From Hydrolagus colliei (taxonomy: Eukaryota): a DNA stretch of 64,000 nucleotides. Both the position numbers and the translations under genes were made by a program. Shown here in pieces: positions 53,106 to 64,000 of the stretch. A model generated the notes under the pieces. The model ran no database searches, was not told the DNA's origin, and was given only the letters and a program-made list of their open reading frames with translations. The stretch covers positions 5,146,001 through 5,210,000 of the forward strand of contig CM068765.1 in the NCBI GenBank assembly GCA_035084275.1. Direction: 5' to 3'. The stretch's first letter is position 1, and each line of letters starts with the position of its first letter.

Positions 53106-54068
53106 CGATACTGACCTCTTTCGATTCACTACCACCGTACATAATCCCATTGGACCCAACCCCCAACCATGCTCAACAAGAGGAATCAACGGGAAGAGAT
53201 TTGAACAGCTAGTTCCTGACAACAAACAGGGATTCTGTGCTTCAAGTGTTCAGATTGGAAGAGAAATACATGTTCTGTAGATCAAGCTATCTTTGTGTGA
53301 CACCAGCCAGAACACAAGTGTGGCAGGGATGTCAGGCTATGAGACGTGTCTGTAATATCATGCAGATCCCTTCCAGTTTTCCTCCTGTCTGAAAATCACA
53401 GAATCAGCCATTTGCATTGAATGCATCGCTCCCTCCCCATTACAATCCCACAAATAATGCAAATGATTAATTCCCTCCCCTGAATGTGAAAGGCTCTGGG
53501 AATCACATAAATGTATTGGTGTCTCAGTCTTTGGCAGCTCACTGTGCGATATTGATGAAAGCGCTCACAGTCCCTCCCTTATCAACACCACGTCTCACTA
53601 TGTTTCCCTTTTCCTTTCTCGTCTCCTGTTGTATACCAGGACCTCCTCCAGGTTTTGCTAAGCTCTTTGTATGTGATTTTTTTTTAATGGAGTTAGATTT
53701 AGAATTAACTCTTTCCCGCCCTGTGATTAATACCTTCTCATTTACAGGGCGGCTTTCACCTAAAATGAATAACTTGATGCGTTTGATGAAAGCAAATGGG
53801 ATTTTTTTTTTCCGAAAGTGCTATGCAATCATAAAAAATGATGCCAGCGGGAAGCAAGGCTAATCTGCAACAGAGATCAGCCATAATCAACCTCCGGATG
53901 AGGCAATCACACAAATCCGCAGGCAAATTTGAATGAGGGAGGAAGGAATATCAACCAGGGTAAACTGGGAGCAAATACCTCCAAGTTTACAAAGTTTACA
54001 CCCCACCTGAATCCTGGAATTACAACACATTACAACAACATCTTGCATTTATGTAGCGCCCCTCACAC

Positions 54069-54728
54069 AGAGCTCAGTGTAGCTCGGTGGTTAGAGCACT
54101 CTCCTTACAAGTGAGAGAACCGGGTTCGATTCCCGTTCAGAAGGAAATCTTAGGCAAATGTCCTTACTCCACATGCTCAATAATAAACCCTAAAAAAAAA
54201 GCAATAATAAATTTGTGCTTTCCATCCACGATTGTTTGTGGGGACACTGCTGTGCGCAAGTGGCTGCTACATTTCGCTCACAAACATACAATCAATATAC
54301 TTTACAGTGTATTCTACTCTGAGACGTCTAGAATAATGGTTCTCAACCTTTTTCAGTAATGTAACCCTTGTCAATTTTCAACATTATCGTGTACCTCCAC
54401 CCAACCACATACACACACACCACCAACCCCATCCCCCACGCCCCCACCCAGCTCATTCCACTTGCATTTTATGACCAAGCTTTTCTTATACAGTATAACA
54501 AAATAACTAACACATACAAAACAAGGAGAATAACATTTAAATTTACAATTTGGAAGGCTATAAAACGCTAAATAAGAGAGCTAAATAAATCAATGTACCG
54601 CCACCTGTAATTAACCCCTGGAAGTAATTTTGTACCCCCCTGGGGTATATGTACCCCTGGTTGAGAACCGCTGGTCTAGAAGACGCGAAAAGCTCTATAA
54701 CAAATGCAAGGATTATTATTCTTATTAT
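54069..54728 (+). mobile_element. tRNA-headed SINE family A, split by the hAT MITE
   Basis: Head gtagctcggtggttagagc..ggttcgattcc; tail resumes after the TSD. Confidence 0.8.
54334..54673. mobile_element. Non-autonomous hAT (Charlie-type) MITE, copy 2, nested in a SINE
   Basis: TIRs taatggttctcaacc / ggttgagaaccgctg; perfect 8-bp TSD GTCTAGAA (54326-54333, 54674-54681). Confidence 0.92.
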
Positions 54729-55521
54729 AGTGCCCTACAGCGCTTGAATTAATAGTGAATTAATAGCGATCTGGGCTCAAACGATCTGAAAATAAATAAA
54801 CGCGTGTCTAATACAGAAAATGCCATTACGGAGGCAAAGGCGGCAGTTAATCGTGGCCAGCGACGTTTCCCTGCAATGAGTCGGATGGCTTTCTATGAAG
54901 GGGTTGAATTTGGTGCAGTTAAATTACTGTCATTTCAGAGATTGAGGCGGAAGCAAACGGGAGGAACGAGAGGCTGATGAGACAGTGCTATTGTCACCCT
55001 TAATCCTTCCTATCGCGGTCATCATTCAGCCTGGTATTGACGAGCCGTTTCTCTTTGGGGGCGGACGCACTAATCTTTTGTTGGCTGCTGATAACGTGCA
55101 CATGCCTATCTTGCATCTATTGGTGTTTTCTTTGCCTGGTTTGAGGTTAAATTTTCAGAAAGTATAAATATTCAATGTGGTTACAGTGTGCCTCTCAACC
55201 TCCTGTTAAATATGTATGAATCTGCCTCTCTCTTGGCAGTAGAAAAAAACCTTGTAACAATCCTCACCTCTAATGCTTTGCTGGTGAAAACACAGACTGA
55301 GGCTCTCTGGGACACTGGAGCCACTGAATACCTCCTCATATTAATTGGGCCACTGCTCAGTTGGTTCTTTCTGTGAGGAATCAGCTTCAATGGATGAGTG
55401 CTCTTAAAGGGGACTCGATCTCCGACACTCCAACTCCAACCCGTGTCTTCCGCTTGGGTGCCACAAAGCTGCAACGGCCTCGCCAAGTGAGGAGTGGGAC
55501 CAGGCCTTCTCTGATGTACAT

Positions 55522-55860
55522 GGAGCTCCTGTAGCTCAGTGGTTAGAGCACTCGCCTTACAAGCGTGAGACCCGTGTTCGAATCCAGCCAGGTGAGGGCG
55601 AAACCTTGGGCAAGTTTCCTTACTCCACACGCCTGATAATAATCCCTCAAAAAAAAAACACCATAATAAAATTGGTCATTTCAATCCACGACTCTTTGTG
55701 GGACGCTGCTGTGTGTAATTGGCTTCTGCGTTTCGCCCACAAGTATACAGTCAATTCATTTTACTGTACAATCTGTGAAGGGCTTTGAGACATCTAGAAG
55801 ATGTAGAAAAGCGCTGTATCAAAATGCAAGTATTATTATTATTATTAGTATTATTATTAC
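55522..55860 (+). mobile_element. Full-length tRNA-headed SINE (family A) with (ATT)n tail
   Basis: Box A TAGCTCAGTGG 55532, box B GTTCGAATCC 55576; body repeated many times in the window. Confidence 0.85.
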
Positions 55861-56249
55861 ACTGATCTCCCTGTTGAGGCTTTTTGGTTATTCTTTGTAG
55901 GATATGGGAATTATGAAGCAGTATCAGTAGGGGCACAGAATGGCCCCCTTTCTCCTCGGAGTCAGATATTGGGCAGCCTGGCTCAGTTGGTAGAACTCTT
56001 GCTTCCGAGTCAGAAGGTTGTGGGTTCGATGTCGGGCTTGCACTCGGGGATGTTGGTTTCAATGTCAGGAATTTGCGCTTGATGTCCAGTGAAGTGCTGA
56101 CACACTTTGTGTCATTTTCACTCCGTGTTCACAGCACCGTACGCAAACAGATTAGCTGCTGCGTTAACAACAGCAACGACAGGAACAAATTAAGGCTGGT
56201 AGAGTTGCCTTCCGCGCCGGGAGGACGTCCCAAGGCGCTGAACCACCAC

Positions 56250-57200
56250 AGAACATAGGAAAACAGGAATACGAGGAGCCCGTTCAGCCCACGCAGCCTG
56301 CTTCACCAGTTTATTAGATCCTGTCAAATCTGTTAATCGCAACACCACCCACTTTCCCCATGTCCCTACCGACGTGAAAGGCGCTCTATAAATGTAATGT
56401 TGTTGTTGTTGTTATACCTCTACTCCCCGAGTTTCTCTCCGCATCGGTTTTAAACATCGCTATTGATTTGATCTCTTACAGCTTTCTGATGCAGTGGTCC
56501 CACATGTACACAACCCTCTGTGTGAGGAAATGCTTCCTGATCTCAGTTCTAACCGTGTTGTGTTTGGATTTTGTACCACTCTGTACCTTGTAATGGATCC
56601 CTTCGCCAGAGGGGAAAGTCGTCCACTATAACCTGTCCATTCCGTTCACTATTTTAAATCCCTCAATTAAACCAGGCCTTTTACTCTGCCACCCCCCCCT
56701 CAGCGTTAGGGAAAATATCCAGTCTCTCACCATAGATCAGCCCTTTCAACACAGGTATTAAAAGCCTCTCTCTCCCAACCCGCGCCAGTTCTGATGAAGG
56801 GTCGTGGACGAGAAATGTTGCCTCACTTTTTCTCTCTCCATAGAATCTGCCTGACCCGCTGAGTGTTCCCAGCGATTTCTATTTTTGTTTCAGACTTCCA
56901 GCATCTGCAGCATTTTGCGTTTTGCCGGAATTAATTAATGTCCCTGATCACGCTCCAAGGTTAGTCTATCCTTCCTAAGTTTGGGTTCCCAAAACCAAAC
57001 ACTGTATCCAAACGAGGCCTGGCCAGGGCTCTGTATAACTGGGGCAGCACCTCTTTCTCTTAACATTCCAGACAAGTTATTATCAAGGCCAGCAACCCCA
57101 TTAGCCTCAATGATCGCTTTCCGCTCCTGTGCACTAGATTTCAATGATGTATGGACTTGAACCGTGCAAAGATGGAGTGAGTGAAAATCCTTTTCCGTTC
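56250..57200 (-). mobile_element. Old CR1 fragments with nested insertions
   Basis: agaacatagga tail; minus ORF remnant YSVWFWEPKLRKD..LER. Confidence 0.55.
56770..56922 (+). mobile_element. Penelope-like terminal repeat fragment with degenerate hammerhead core
   Basis: ctgatgaagggtc...gaaatgtt...ctgcctgacccgctgagtgttcccagc...cttccagcatctgcag resembles shark Penelope termini from memory. Confidence 0.55.
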
Positions 57201-57649
57201 TCTAAAGCCAAGAAAGTGTAACTCATTCCTGGTCGGGCGGGTGGTGGGGCTGGAAGGGCAGGTAAGCATTAGCCCCGAGGCTGGGTTGACTGTTTTCCTG
57301 TGAAACGGCCACACAATCAACATCGACAATAACCACAACTTGCGTTTATATACAGTGCCCTTCGTGTAGGGTAATGTCCCGGAATGGTTAATCCTCCTTC
57401 CATTCCTCAACTCATCCTGATCGTCCTCTGGTGGGTGGGAGTTGAGAGAGGTAAACGGGGTCTCGGCTGACACTCCAGTGCAGTGCCGAGGGAGCGCTGA
57501 GCTGTCAGAGCTGCCGCCCCTCAAATGAGTCGTTAAACTGAGGTCCCTTGTGTCTCAGGTGAACATTAAGGATCCTATGGTGTCTCTCTCTCGCTCGGTG
57601 TCGCGGCCAACAATCCTCCAGATAAAATCAGTCGCTCACGTCATGACTT

Positions 57650-57903
57650 AAATTTCCTTACTCCACACGCCTAATAATAATCGTGTGCTTATTACAGTTA
57701 TTATAAAATACACACACAATAATAAAATTGGTCATTTCAATCCACGACTGTTTGTGGGACACTGCTGTGCGCAATTGGCTGCCGCGATACGCCCACAAAT
57801 ACATATACAGTCAATTCACTTTACCGTATATTCTGTGAAGCGCTTTGGGATGTCGATAAGATGTGAAAAGCGCTATATCAAATGTAAGGATTATTATTAT
57901 TAT
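57650..57903 (+). mobile_element. SINE family A, 5'-truncated, nested in a family B copy
   Basis: Matches 55615-55860. Confidence 0.75.
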
Positions 57904-59177
57904 TTGTGGGACATTGCTGTATGGCTATTAGTTGCTCAATTTGCCTACAAAATACACAGTCACCGCGCCTGACACCAGTTTTGTGACACAGTTTGAGTCA
58001 GTCTTGATCGGTTCAGGGAGCTTTGTTGAAGGTAAGGACTATTACTGTATTACTGTTATTATTTATTTCCAGATCTTTGACAGTCAGTAATTTCAGGTTC
58101 TGTCTGTCTTGTGATTCAGGCGGGTGTGTAAAGGAATGGTCCCGTTATCACTATGTCCCAGAAATATGGAGGATTTTCATCTGGTTGGTATTCCTCTGCT
58201 CACCCCCTACTCACCCCCACGCTGACCTTTGTGCATTTGGTGTCATCGTCATGCCGTGTTTACTCCGTAATGGCATCCATCATATTCAATCCACGATTGT
58301 TTGTGCACAGTTGGCTGCCGCGTTTTGCCCGTAAAAATATACAGTCGATTCATTTTACGGTATATTCTGTGAAGCGCCTTGAGACGTCTCGAAGACTTGT
58401 CCTGGCGCTGTGTCAAATTCAAGGGTCACTATTGGGATTATTATTCTGTCAAGAATTTAGGACCATTTATCCGCTGTGGAAGGCGCTGCGTAATTGTTCG
58501 AATGTTATTTTTATTATTACATCGGCAATACCCAGACCAGAAGGTACCTCTGTCAGAGAAGGATGTGAGCGGAGGCTGCAAACGGAACAGACAGACGTGA
58601 GCTCAGTCACACAGAGAGAGAGAGAGAGAGTGAGAGTAAGAGAGAAAGAGGACTTAAAGAGTACCTGATACAATCTGTTCCTTGTCCCTCTCTTTACAGT
58701 TCCTACATACCCCAGCCATGCTTATAGAAACCAGCGCCTTGGGACGTCCTCCCGACGTGAAAGGCGCTCTATAAATGTAAATTGTTGTTGTTGTTACTGC
58801 CTGATAAAAGGCAATTCAGGTCCTCGGATTTGATGTAATCATAATATAAGTGCATTTAACAAGTGTTAACATTTAGATAAAATCATCAGAAACTGGCACA
58901 CACAGAAGGGAATCTTGATGAGCCGATGCTTTGACCAATAGATCAATCACATCTATCTCAGTTAGGCAAGCAGGCAGTGTCCCTCCGGTGAGAGAGTGTA
59001 CATTGCATTACAACTGTCTAGCTCCAATAATTTCCAATGTGTAATTGGCTGCCACGTTTCCCCCACAAAATATACGGTCAACCCACTTTACGGCATATTA
59101 CAGGATATGCATCTCAAGCGCATTGAGACGTCTCAATTATGTGAAAAGGTGTGATGGAAGGAGTGTTATTCCTGTAT

Positions 59178-59395
59178 GGAGTCCTGTAGCTCAGTGGTTA
59201 GAGCACTAGCCTCACAAACTGTGTTCGAATCCAGGCAGGTCAGGGCAAGTTTTCTTACTCCACACCCCTAATAATAATCCCTCAAGTAAAAACAATAATA
59301 AAATGGGTCATTTCAATCCACGGCTGTTTGTGGGACGCTGCTTTGCGCAATTGGCTGCCGTGTTTCTCCCACAAGTATCCAGTCAATTCACTTTA
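59178..59395 (+). mobile_element. SINE family A, 3'-truncated
   Basis: ggagtcctgtagctcagtggttagagc head. Confidence 0.75.
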
Positions 59396-60779
59396 ACGTG
59401 AGATCGTTAACGTTCACCTGAACAAGCACAGACGGGACATCGGTTTAATGTCTCATCTGAAGCACAACCCCCCCCCCCCCCCCAGCACTGCACTGGAGTG
59501 TCAGCCTGGACTGGGAGTTCAACGTTCCAACAAGGGCCAGGGAGATGATGCGCCAAATTGGTCTTTCTCGATTCTGCGCCTTTCCACGATTCACTGCAAA
59601 CTGAGGTTTTAATCTGCGAGATCAAATGAAACACTATTAACGGCAAACCTGCCAACCCAGACCTCAGCTATGACTGATTCGCTGAGAAACAGGACAATAC
59701 ATTATCGACAGACAAATTGAGACCAAAGCCTTCGGTACTTCTCACAAAGCCGGCCGGCCAATGACGCAATTCTGTCAACAGACATTGGAATAAACGCTGA
59801 GAGAGAGAGAGAGATGGGCAGAAAAAGAAATGTATTTAATATCAGCCCAGCTGGGGCTCAGACACTGCTGTGTGAAAAGGAGCCAGGTAACGGATACAAG
59901 ATAATGATAGTGTGCTTTGTTCCCGTTCTATTTAGAGAACCCTGGAGGGATCGCCAATTACTGCCGAGCAGATCTGCACCACATCCACACTGGCTTCAAC
60001 ACACACACTACACACGCCGGCCCCCAATCCCCTCCCGTCCCCGCAGAATGGGGCCACGGCAAAGTCACCACGGTGTCCCACCTAGGTGGCATTTCCTGCG
60101 TAGAGCAGAAAACACGCACAGGAGTGTTTGCTGCATTTCACACAGTATTGGAAGCTGGGAGTTAGTTATGAAGTTACAGTAATGGGCATTGACGAAGGCA
60201 GCTCAAAGCTGAAGGCAACAATTACTGAACTCCTGCTGGTGGATCAATGTGGCTTCTTGTGTTTGTGAGGGGGTGGGGGGGGGACGACGGACAGCGGCAA
60301 TGTCCGTCGTCGTCCCCCCACCCCCCCACAACTGCCCAACCAGCCGCGTAACGGTTCCTCAGTCTCTGGAGTTAGGAAAAGACACAATCGGCCAAAACCT
60401 CTCTGATGTCAACTGGTGATTCTCCTCTTGTCCTGTGGTGGTGGTGCGGGGAGGTCAACATGGAACTGAACTCACACAAGGATGCCGTGCTTGACAATGA
60501 ATCGAGCCAGCTCTCTGTTATGGTCTCCAGGCCATTTCCTTAGCACAGGCAGGTCTGCAGTACTCCAGGGCATTGTTGATGACAGACCTGCCCATCCTGG
60601 ATCATTGGCAGGACCTGAAGCGGCAGATCAGTCACTGGGGTCAGGGATTCCAGGACAACTGCTGTCCTGACAGACTACCTGTCAGACATCAAGTCCTGGG
60701 ATGAGAGCTAACTTTCTCAGTTTAATTCAACAAGACTGAGACCCTCCTGATTGGCTCACACCAGTGCCTTCACACCTCA

Positions 60780-60942
60780 GCCACTGACAGCATCAACCTC
60801 CATGGTTGCACACTCCACCTCACCAAGTCAGTCAGGAACCTAGTTGTCATGTTTGATCTTCAACTGTCTTTCCTCCCCAAGGAAATGCTCCGCCTTCCCT
60901 CACCTCTGCATCATTGCCCGCCTCCACCACTATCCCATCCCT
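60780..60942 (+). mobile_element. Degenerate L2 LINE ORF2 fragment (left half, interrupted by CR1)
   Basis: Remnant VRNL.VMFD.QLSF and FxHL..IARL motifs. Confidence 0.6.
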
Positions 60943-62302
60943 CATAGATTCATAGATTCATAGAATTTTACGGCACAAAAGGAGGCCATTCGGCCCATCT
61001 AGTCTGTGCCGGCTCTTTGAAAAGAGCGATTCAATCCCACTGCCCTGCCCGCTCCCCATAGCCTAATAGACCTGTTCTCCCTAAATAAAGATCTAATTCC
61101 CTTTTAAAAGTTGTTATCGAATCAGCCTCCACCACCTTTTCAGGCAATGCATTCCAGATTCGAACAACTCGCTGAGTGAAAAAATTTCTCCTCAGCTCCC
61201 CTCTACTTCGCCTTGAAACTATTTTAAATCTGTGACCACGAGTCACAGATTCACCCACGAGTGGAAATAGTTTTTCTCTATTTGCCCTGTCGAAACCCCT
61301 CATGATCTTATAAACCTCTATTAGGTCTCCCCTCAATCTTCTCTGCTCCAGAGAGAATAACCCTAGCCTATCTAGCCTCTCCTCATAGCTGAAGTCCCTC
61401 AATCCTGGCACCATCCTAGTAAATCTTTGTTGTACCCTTTCCAATGCCTTCACATCCTTTCTGTAGTGTGGTGACCAGAATTGAACACAGTATTCCAGCT
61501 GAGGCCTCACCAAAGTCTTATAGAGGTTAGTCAGCACTTCCTGACTTTTGTACTCTATACCCCTATTTATAAAGCCTAGTATCCCATATGCCTTCTTAAC
61601 AGCCTTGTCTAACTGTCCTGCCACCTTCAACGAGTCACTAACACAAATCCCCAGGTCTCTCTGTTCCTTCACACCATTTAAAATTGTACTATCTAGCCTA
61701 TATTGCCTCCCTTCATTTCTTCTCCCAAAATGCATCACCTCACACTTCTCTGCATTAAACTTCATCTGCCATGTGTCTGCCCACTTTACCAATTTGTCTA
61801 TATCCTCTTGCAGATGGCTACTATCCTCCTCACTATTTACTATTCTCCCTAACTTAGTGTCATCTGCAAACTTGGAAACTGTACTCTGTACACCCAAGTC
61901 CAGATCATTGATGTAGATTACAAACAGCAATGGTCCCAAAACTGATCCCTGTGGCACACCACTGCTCACTTCCCTCCAATCTGAAAAACAGCCGCTCACT
62001 ACAACTCTCTGCTTTCTGTCTCGCAGCCAGTTGTGGATCCACGCTGCCACTGTCCCTTTTATGCCATGGGCCTTTAATTTCATAATAAGTCTCTCATGTG
62101 GCACTTTGTCAAATGCCTTTTGAAAGTCCATGTAAACTACATCAACTGCGCTACCATTATCCACCCATTCCGTTACCTCATCAAAAAATTCTATCAGATT
62201 TGTAAGGCAAGATTTGCCTTTAACAAATCCATGTTGACTGTCCTTTATTAGCCTATATCTTTCTAAGTGAAGATCTACCTTGTCCCTGATTATGGACTCT
62301 AG
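60943..62302 (-). mobile_element. 5'-truncated CR1 LINE with uninterrupted RT frame and (CATAGATT)n 3' tail (as read on +)
   Basis: RT motifs QHGF, FQKAFDKV, GVPQGSVLGPLLF, FADD; CR1 C-terminus LEYCVQFWSPH, RNFFTQRVV; octamer tail 60943-60966. Confidence 0.95.
61031..62302 (-). CDS. CR1 ORF2 C-terminal part (reverse transcriptase domain); no endonuclease domain and no true start
   Basis: Frame is open from 62302 (LESIIRDKV...) through the listed 377-aa ORF to the stop at 61031. Confidence 0.85.
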   Translation of the reverse strand, partial: LESIIRDKVDLHLERYRLIKDSQHGFVKGKSCLTNLIEFFDEVTEWVDNGSAVDVVYMDFQKAFDKVPHERLIMKLKAHGIKGTVAAWIHNWLRDRKQRVVVSGCFSDWREVSSGVPQGSVLGPLLFVIYINDLDLGVQSTVSKFADDTKLGRIVNSEEDSSHLQEDIDKLVKWADTWQMKFNAEKCEVMHFGRRNEGRQYRLDSTILNGVKEQRDLGICVSDSLKVAGQLDKAVKKAYGILGFINRGIEYKSQEVLTNLYKTLVRPQLEYCVQFWSPHYRKDVKALERVQQRFTRMVPGLRDFSYEERLDRLGLFSLEQRRLRGDLIEVYKIMRGFDRANREKLFPLVGESVTRGHRFKIVSRRSRGELRRNFFTQRVVRIWNALPEKVVEADSITTFKRELDLYLGRTGLLGYGERAGQWD

Positions 62303-62689
62303 TTATATCACTGTTGGAAAGGGGGGTAGATGCGCTTTTGTGTTTCACGTCGTACCATTAGCCGGGGGTCTCGAGCAGAAATTATCTGTCGTGTCCTAAC
62401 TGCTTTCGTTTTTTAAAAATCGTAGAGTTTTTTTTTCTTTGCAGTCGGATTGCCGCTGATCATGGAGGTAATTTACACCTGGAAATGTCATTCGACTTCC
62501 TTCCAAGTGAACAAAACCTCCCTCCTTGCCTCCCTCCCTCCCTCCCTGTCACGATTGCATCTTAGAAATGAATTCTCATTCATAGAGAACATAGTGAAGG
62601 AGCTCCCACTCTCCTCCCACCCTCCCCACCCACTCCACCCACCCATCCACGCACACACATCCCTGTCTCTCTGTTTGTCTCCCTTTCTC

Positions 62690-63120
62690 TCTCTGTGCCA
62701 CTGAAACTTTCATTAATGCCCTTATCATGTCCAGGCTCAACTATGCCAATGCCCTGCTTGTCGGCCTTCCCAACTCCTCCCTCGATTGGGTTTAGATCAT
62801 CCAGAACTCTGCGGCCGTGTCCTCGACCGCACCAAGCTCTGCGACCCCCTCTCCTCCATTCTTGCCCAAATCCATTAACTCCATCATTCAGAGGACTCAA
62901 TTCAAGATCCTGGTTCTCACCTTGAAAGCCCTCCATTGCCTTGCCCCACCCTACCCCTGCGATCTCTGCTCAGCGGGCTCCGGCCTGCTTCATGTTCCCG
63001 GACCCACCTACCCCACCATCGGTGGGCAAGCCTTCAACAAATCCGCTCCCAACCTCTGGAATTCCATCCCGCAATTCCTCTGCCTCACCCCCTCCCTGGC
63101 CTCCTTCAAGTCCCGCTGTT
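62690..63120 (+). mobile_element. Degenerate L2 LINE ORF2 fragment (right half)
   Basis: ETFINALIMSRLNYANALLVGLP..IQNSAA..QFKILVLTLKALH.LAPPY..APNLWNSIP. Confidence 0.8.
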
Positions 63121-64000
63121 AGAGATTAATTTCTCAGGGTGAAATATCAATTTCTCTGGTCAAAAATGAGGTTACAGCCAGCCTCCGATTGACCAGGTAC
63201 TACTGATTCATTTCTTTTACACCAGGTTTCTTTTACTCAGGTATACTCATTGAGCTGACACTAAAGCAAGCAATATTACATAATCCTCATAAACAACAAT
63301 ACCTGGCACACATTACTCGAGGTTAAGAGGGATAGTCCTTTTCTTGTCTTTTCCTTCCAGTCGGCTTCCTTACTGTCGGTTTACAGTTTCTTCCATCGGG
63401 TTCTGCTCGTGTTCTCTTCTGTCTCCGCTCTGCTCTATTCCTTTACCTCAACACTATTATCCTTTCTTGGACACATGGTGTTCACGTGAACATCTCATGC
63501 CACTCTCGTGCTTATTCGCATTCTCTTTTACACCCAACTCTGCCTTTCTTCGCAAACGAGCTCTTCTTATCGCAGTCTGTTCTAACCTGTTTCTAATGGT
63601 GACCTTGACAACTCAAACTATATGTTGTAACTTCCCTTATCTTATACAGCAGTTATACAACAACATCACATGGCATCATTCTAGCCCACTCTCTGTTTTT
63701 AACAGTCTACACTAATTTGAACCAGTTCTTCACCAACTCTAACACCACCTAAGACCCTCCTCTTCAATGGTGCCACCGGTTCCCCCCCTTCCCCTCCAAT
63801 CCCTCCATTCTCTCCGATACCAACTCCAGCTCGGGTCTGAAACATTGACTCTCCAGCGCCTTGGGATGTCTTCCCAACATGAAAGGTGCCATACAAATAT
63901 AATTTTGTTGCTGTTATTATTAACCCTGCAAGCCTGAGCTCTAACCAGTGGTTAGGCTGGTTGAAGCTAGATTAATGCAGGAAGATTAATGGACACTGCT

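Noticed and set aside
55522-55595. tRNA-like sequence with A and B boxes (also at 47900-47960, 54075 and 59180)
   Set aside because: It runs straight into the multi-copy SINE body and has no clear acceptor stem; a SINE head, not a tRNA gene.
59917-60165. GC-rich ORF after an AG acceptor (ENPGGIANYC...)
   Set aside because: No recognisable family and no donor; not olfactomedin-like.

Overview
Vertebrate genomic DNA, most likely a cartilaginous fish; the SINE/CR1 repertoire suggests a chimaera or elephant-shark type genome (inference). Positions 707-39348 (+) hold the 3' part of a clade-B fibrillar procollagen gene, best matching COL5A1 (pro-alpha1(V)). I traced it by hand, all GT-AG: 41 phase-0 Gly-X-Y exons (36/45/54/90/108 bp, 2610 nt), a helix/C-telopeptide junction exon with an RSKR furin site, and COLFI C-propeptide exons with all 8 cysteines, about 1143 aa in the window. 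A ~2.4 kb 3' UTR with four miR-29 8mer sites and three AATAAA signals follows. The supplied ORF track is almost all spurious apart from exon fragments and one CR1 RT ORF. From 42 kb to the end I recognise no protein-coding gene, only SINEs, L2/CR1 pieces, two hAT MITEs, a Penelope-like terminal fragment and a young CR1. The best observations are: tandem 69-bp C-propeptide exons only 52 nt apart (mutually exclusive 64A/64B type); a Gly->Ala break in the triple helix; an apparent extra intron versus human COL5A1; three long hairpins; a strong sense bias of intronic SINEs; and a CR1 that seems to carry a foreign segment with a micro-exon. I did not find a convincing wholly new biological system. 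Repeat boundaries are approximate, and comparisons with human sequences are from memory.
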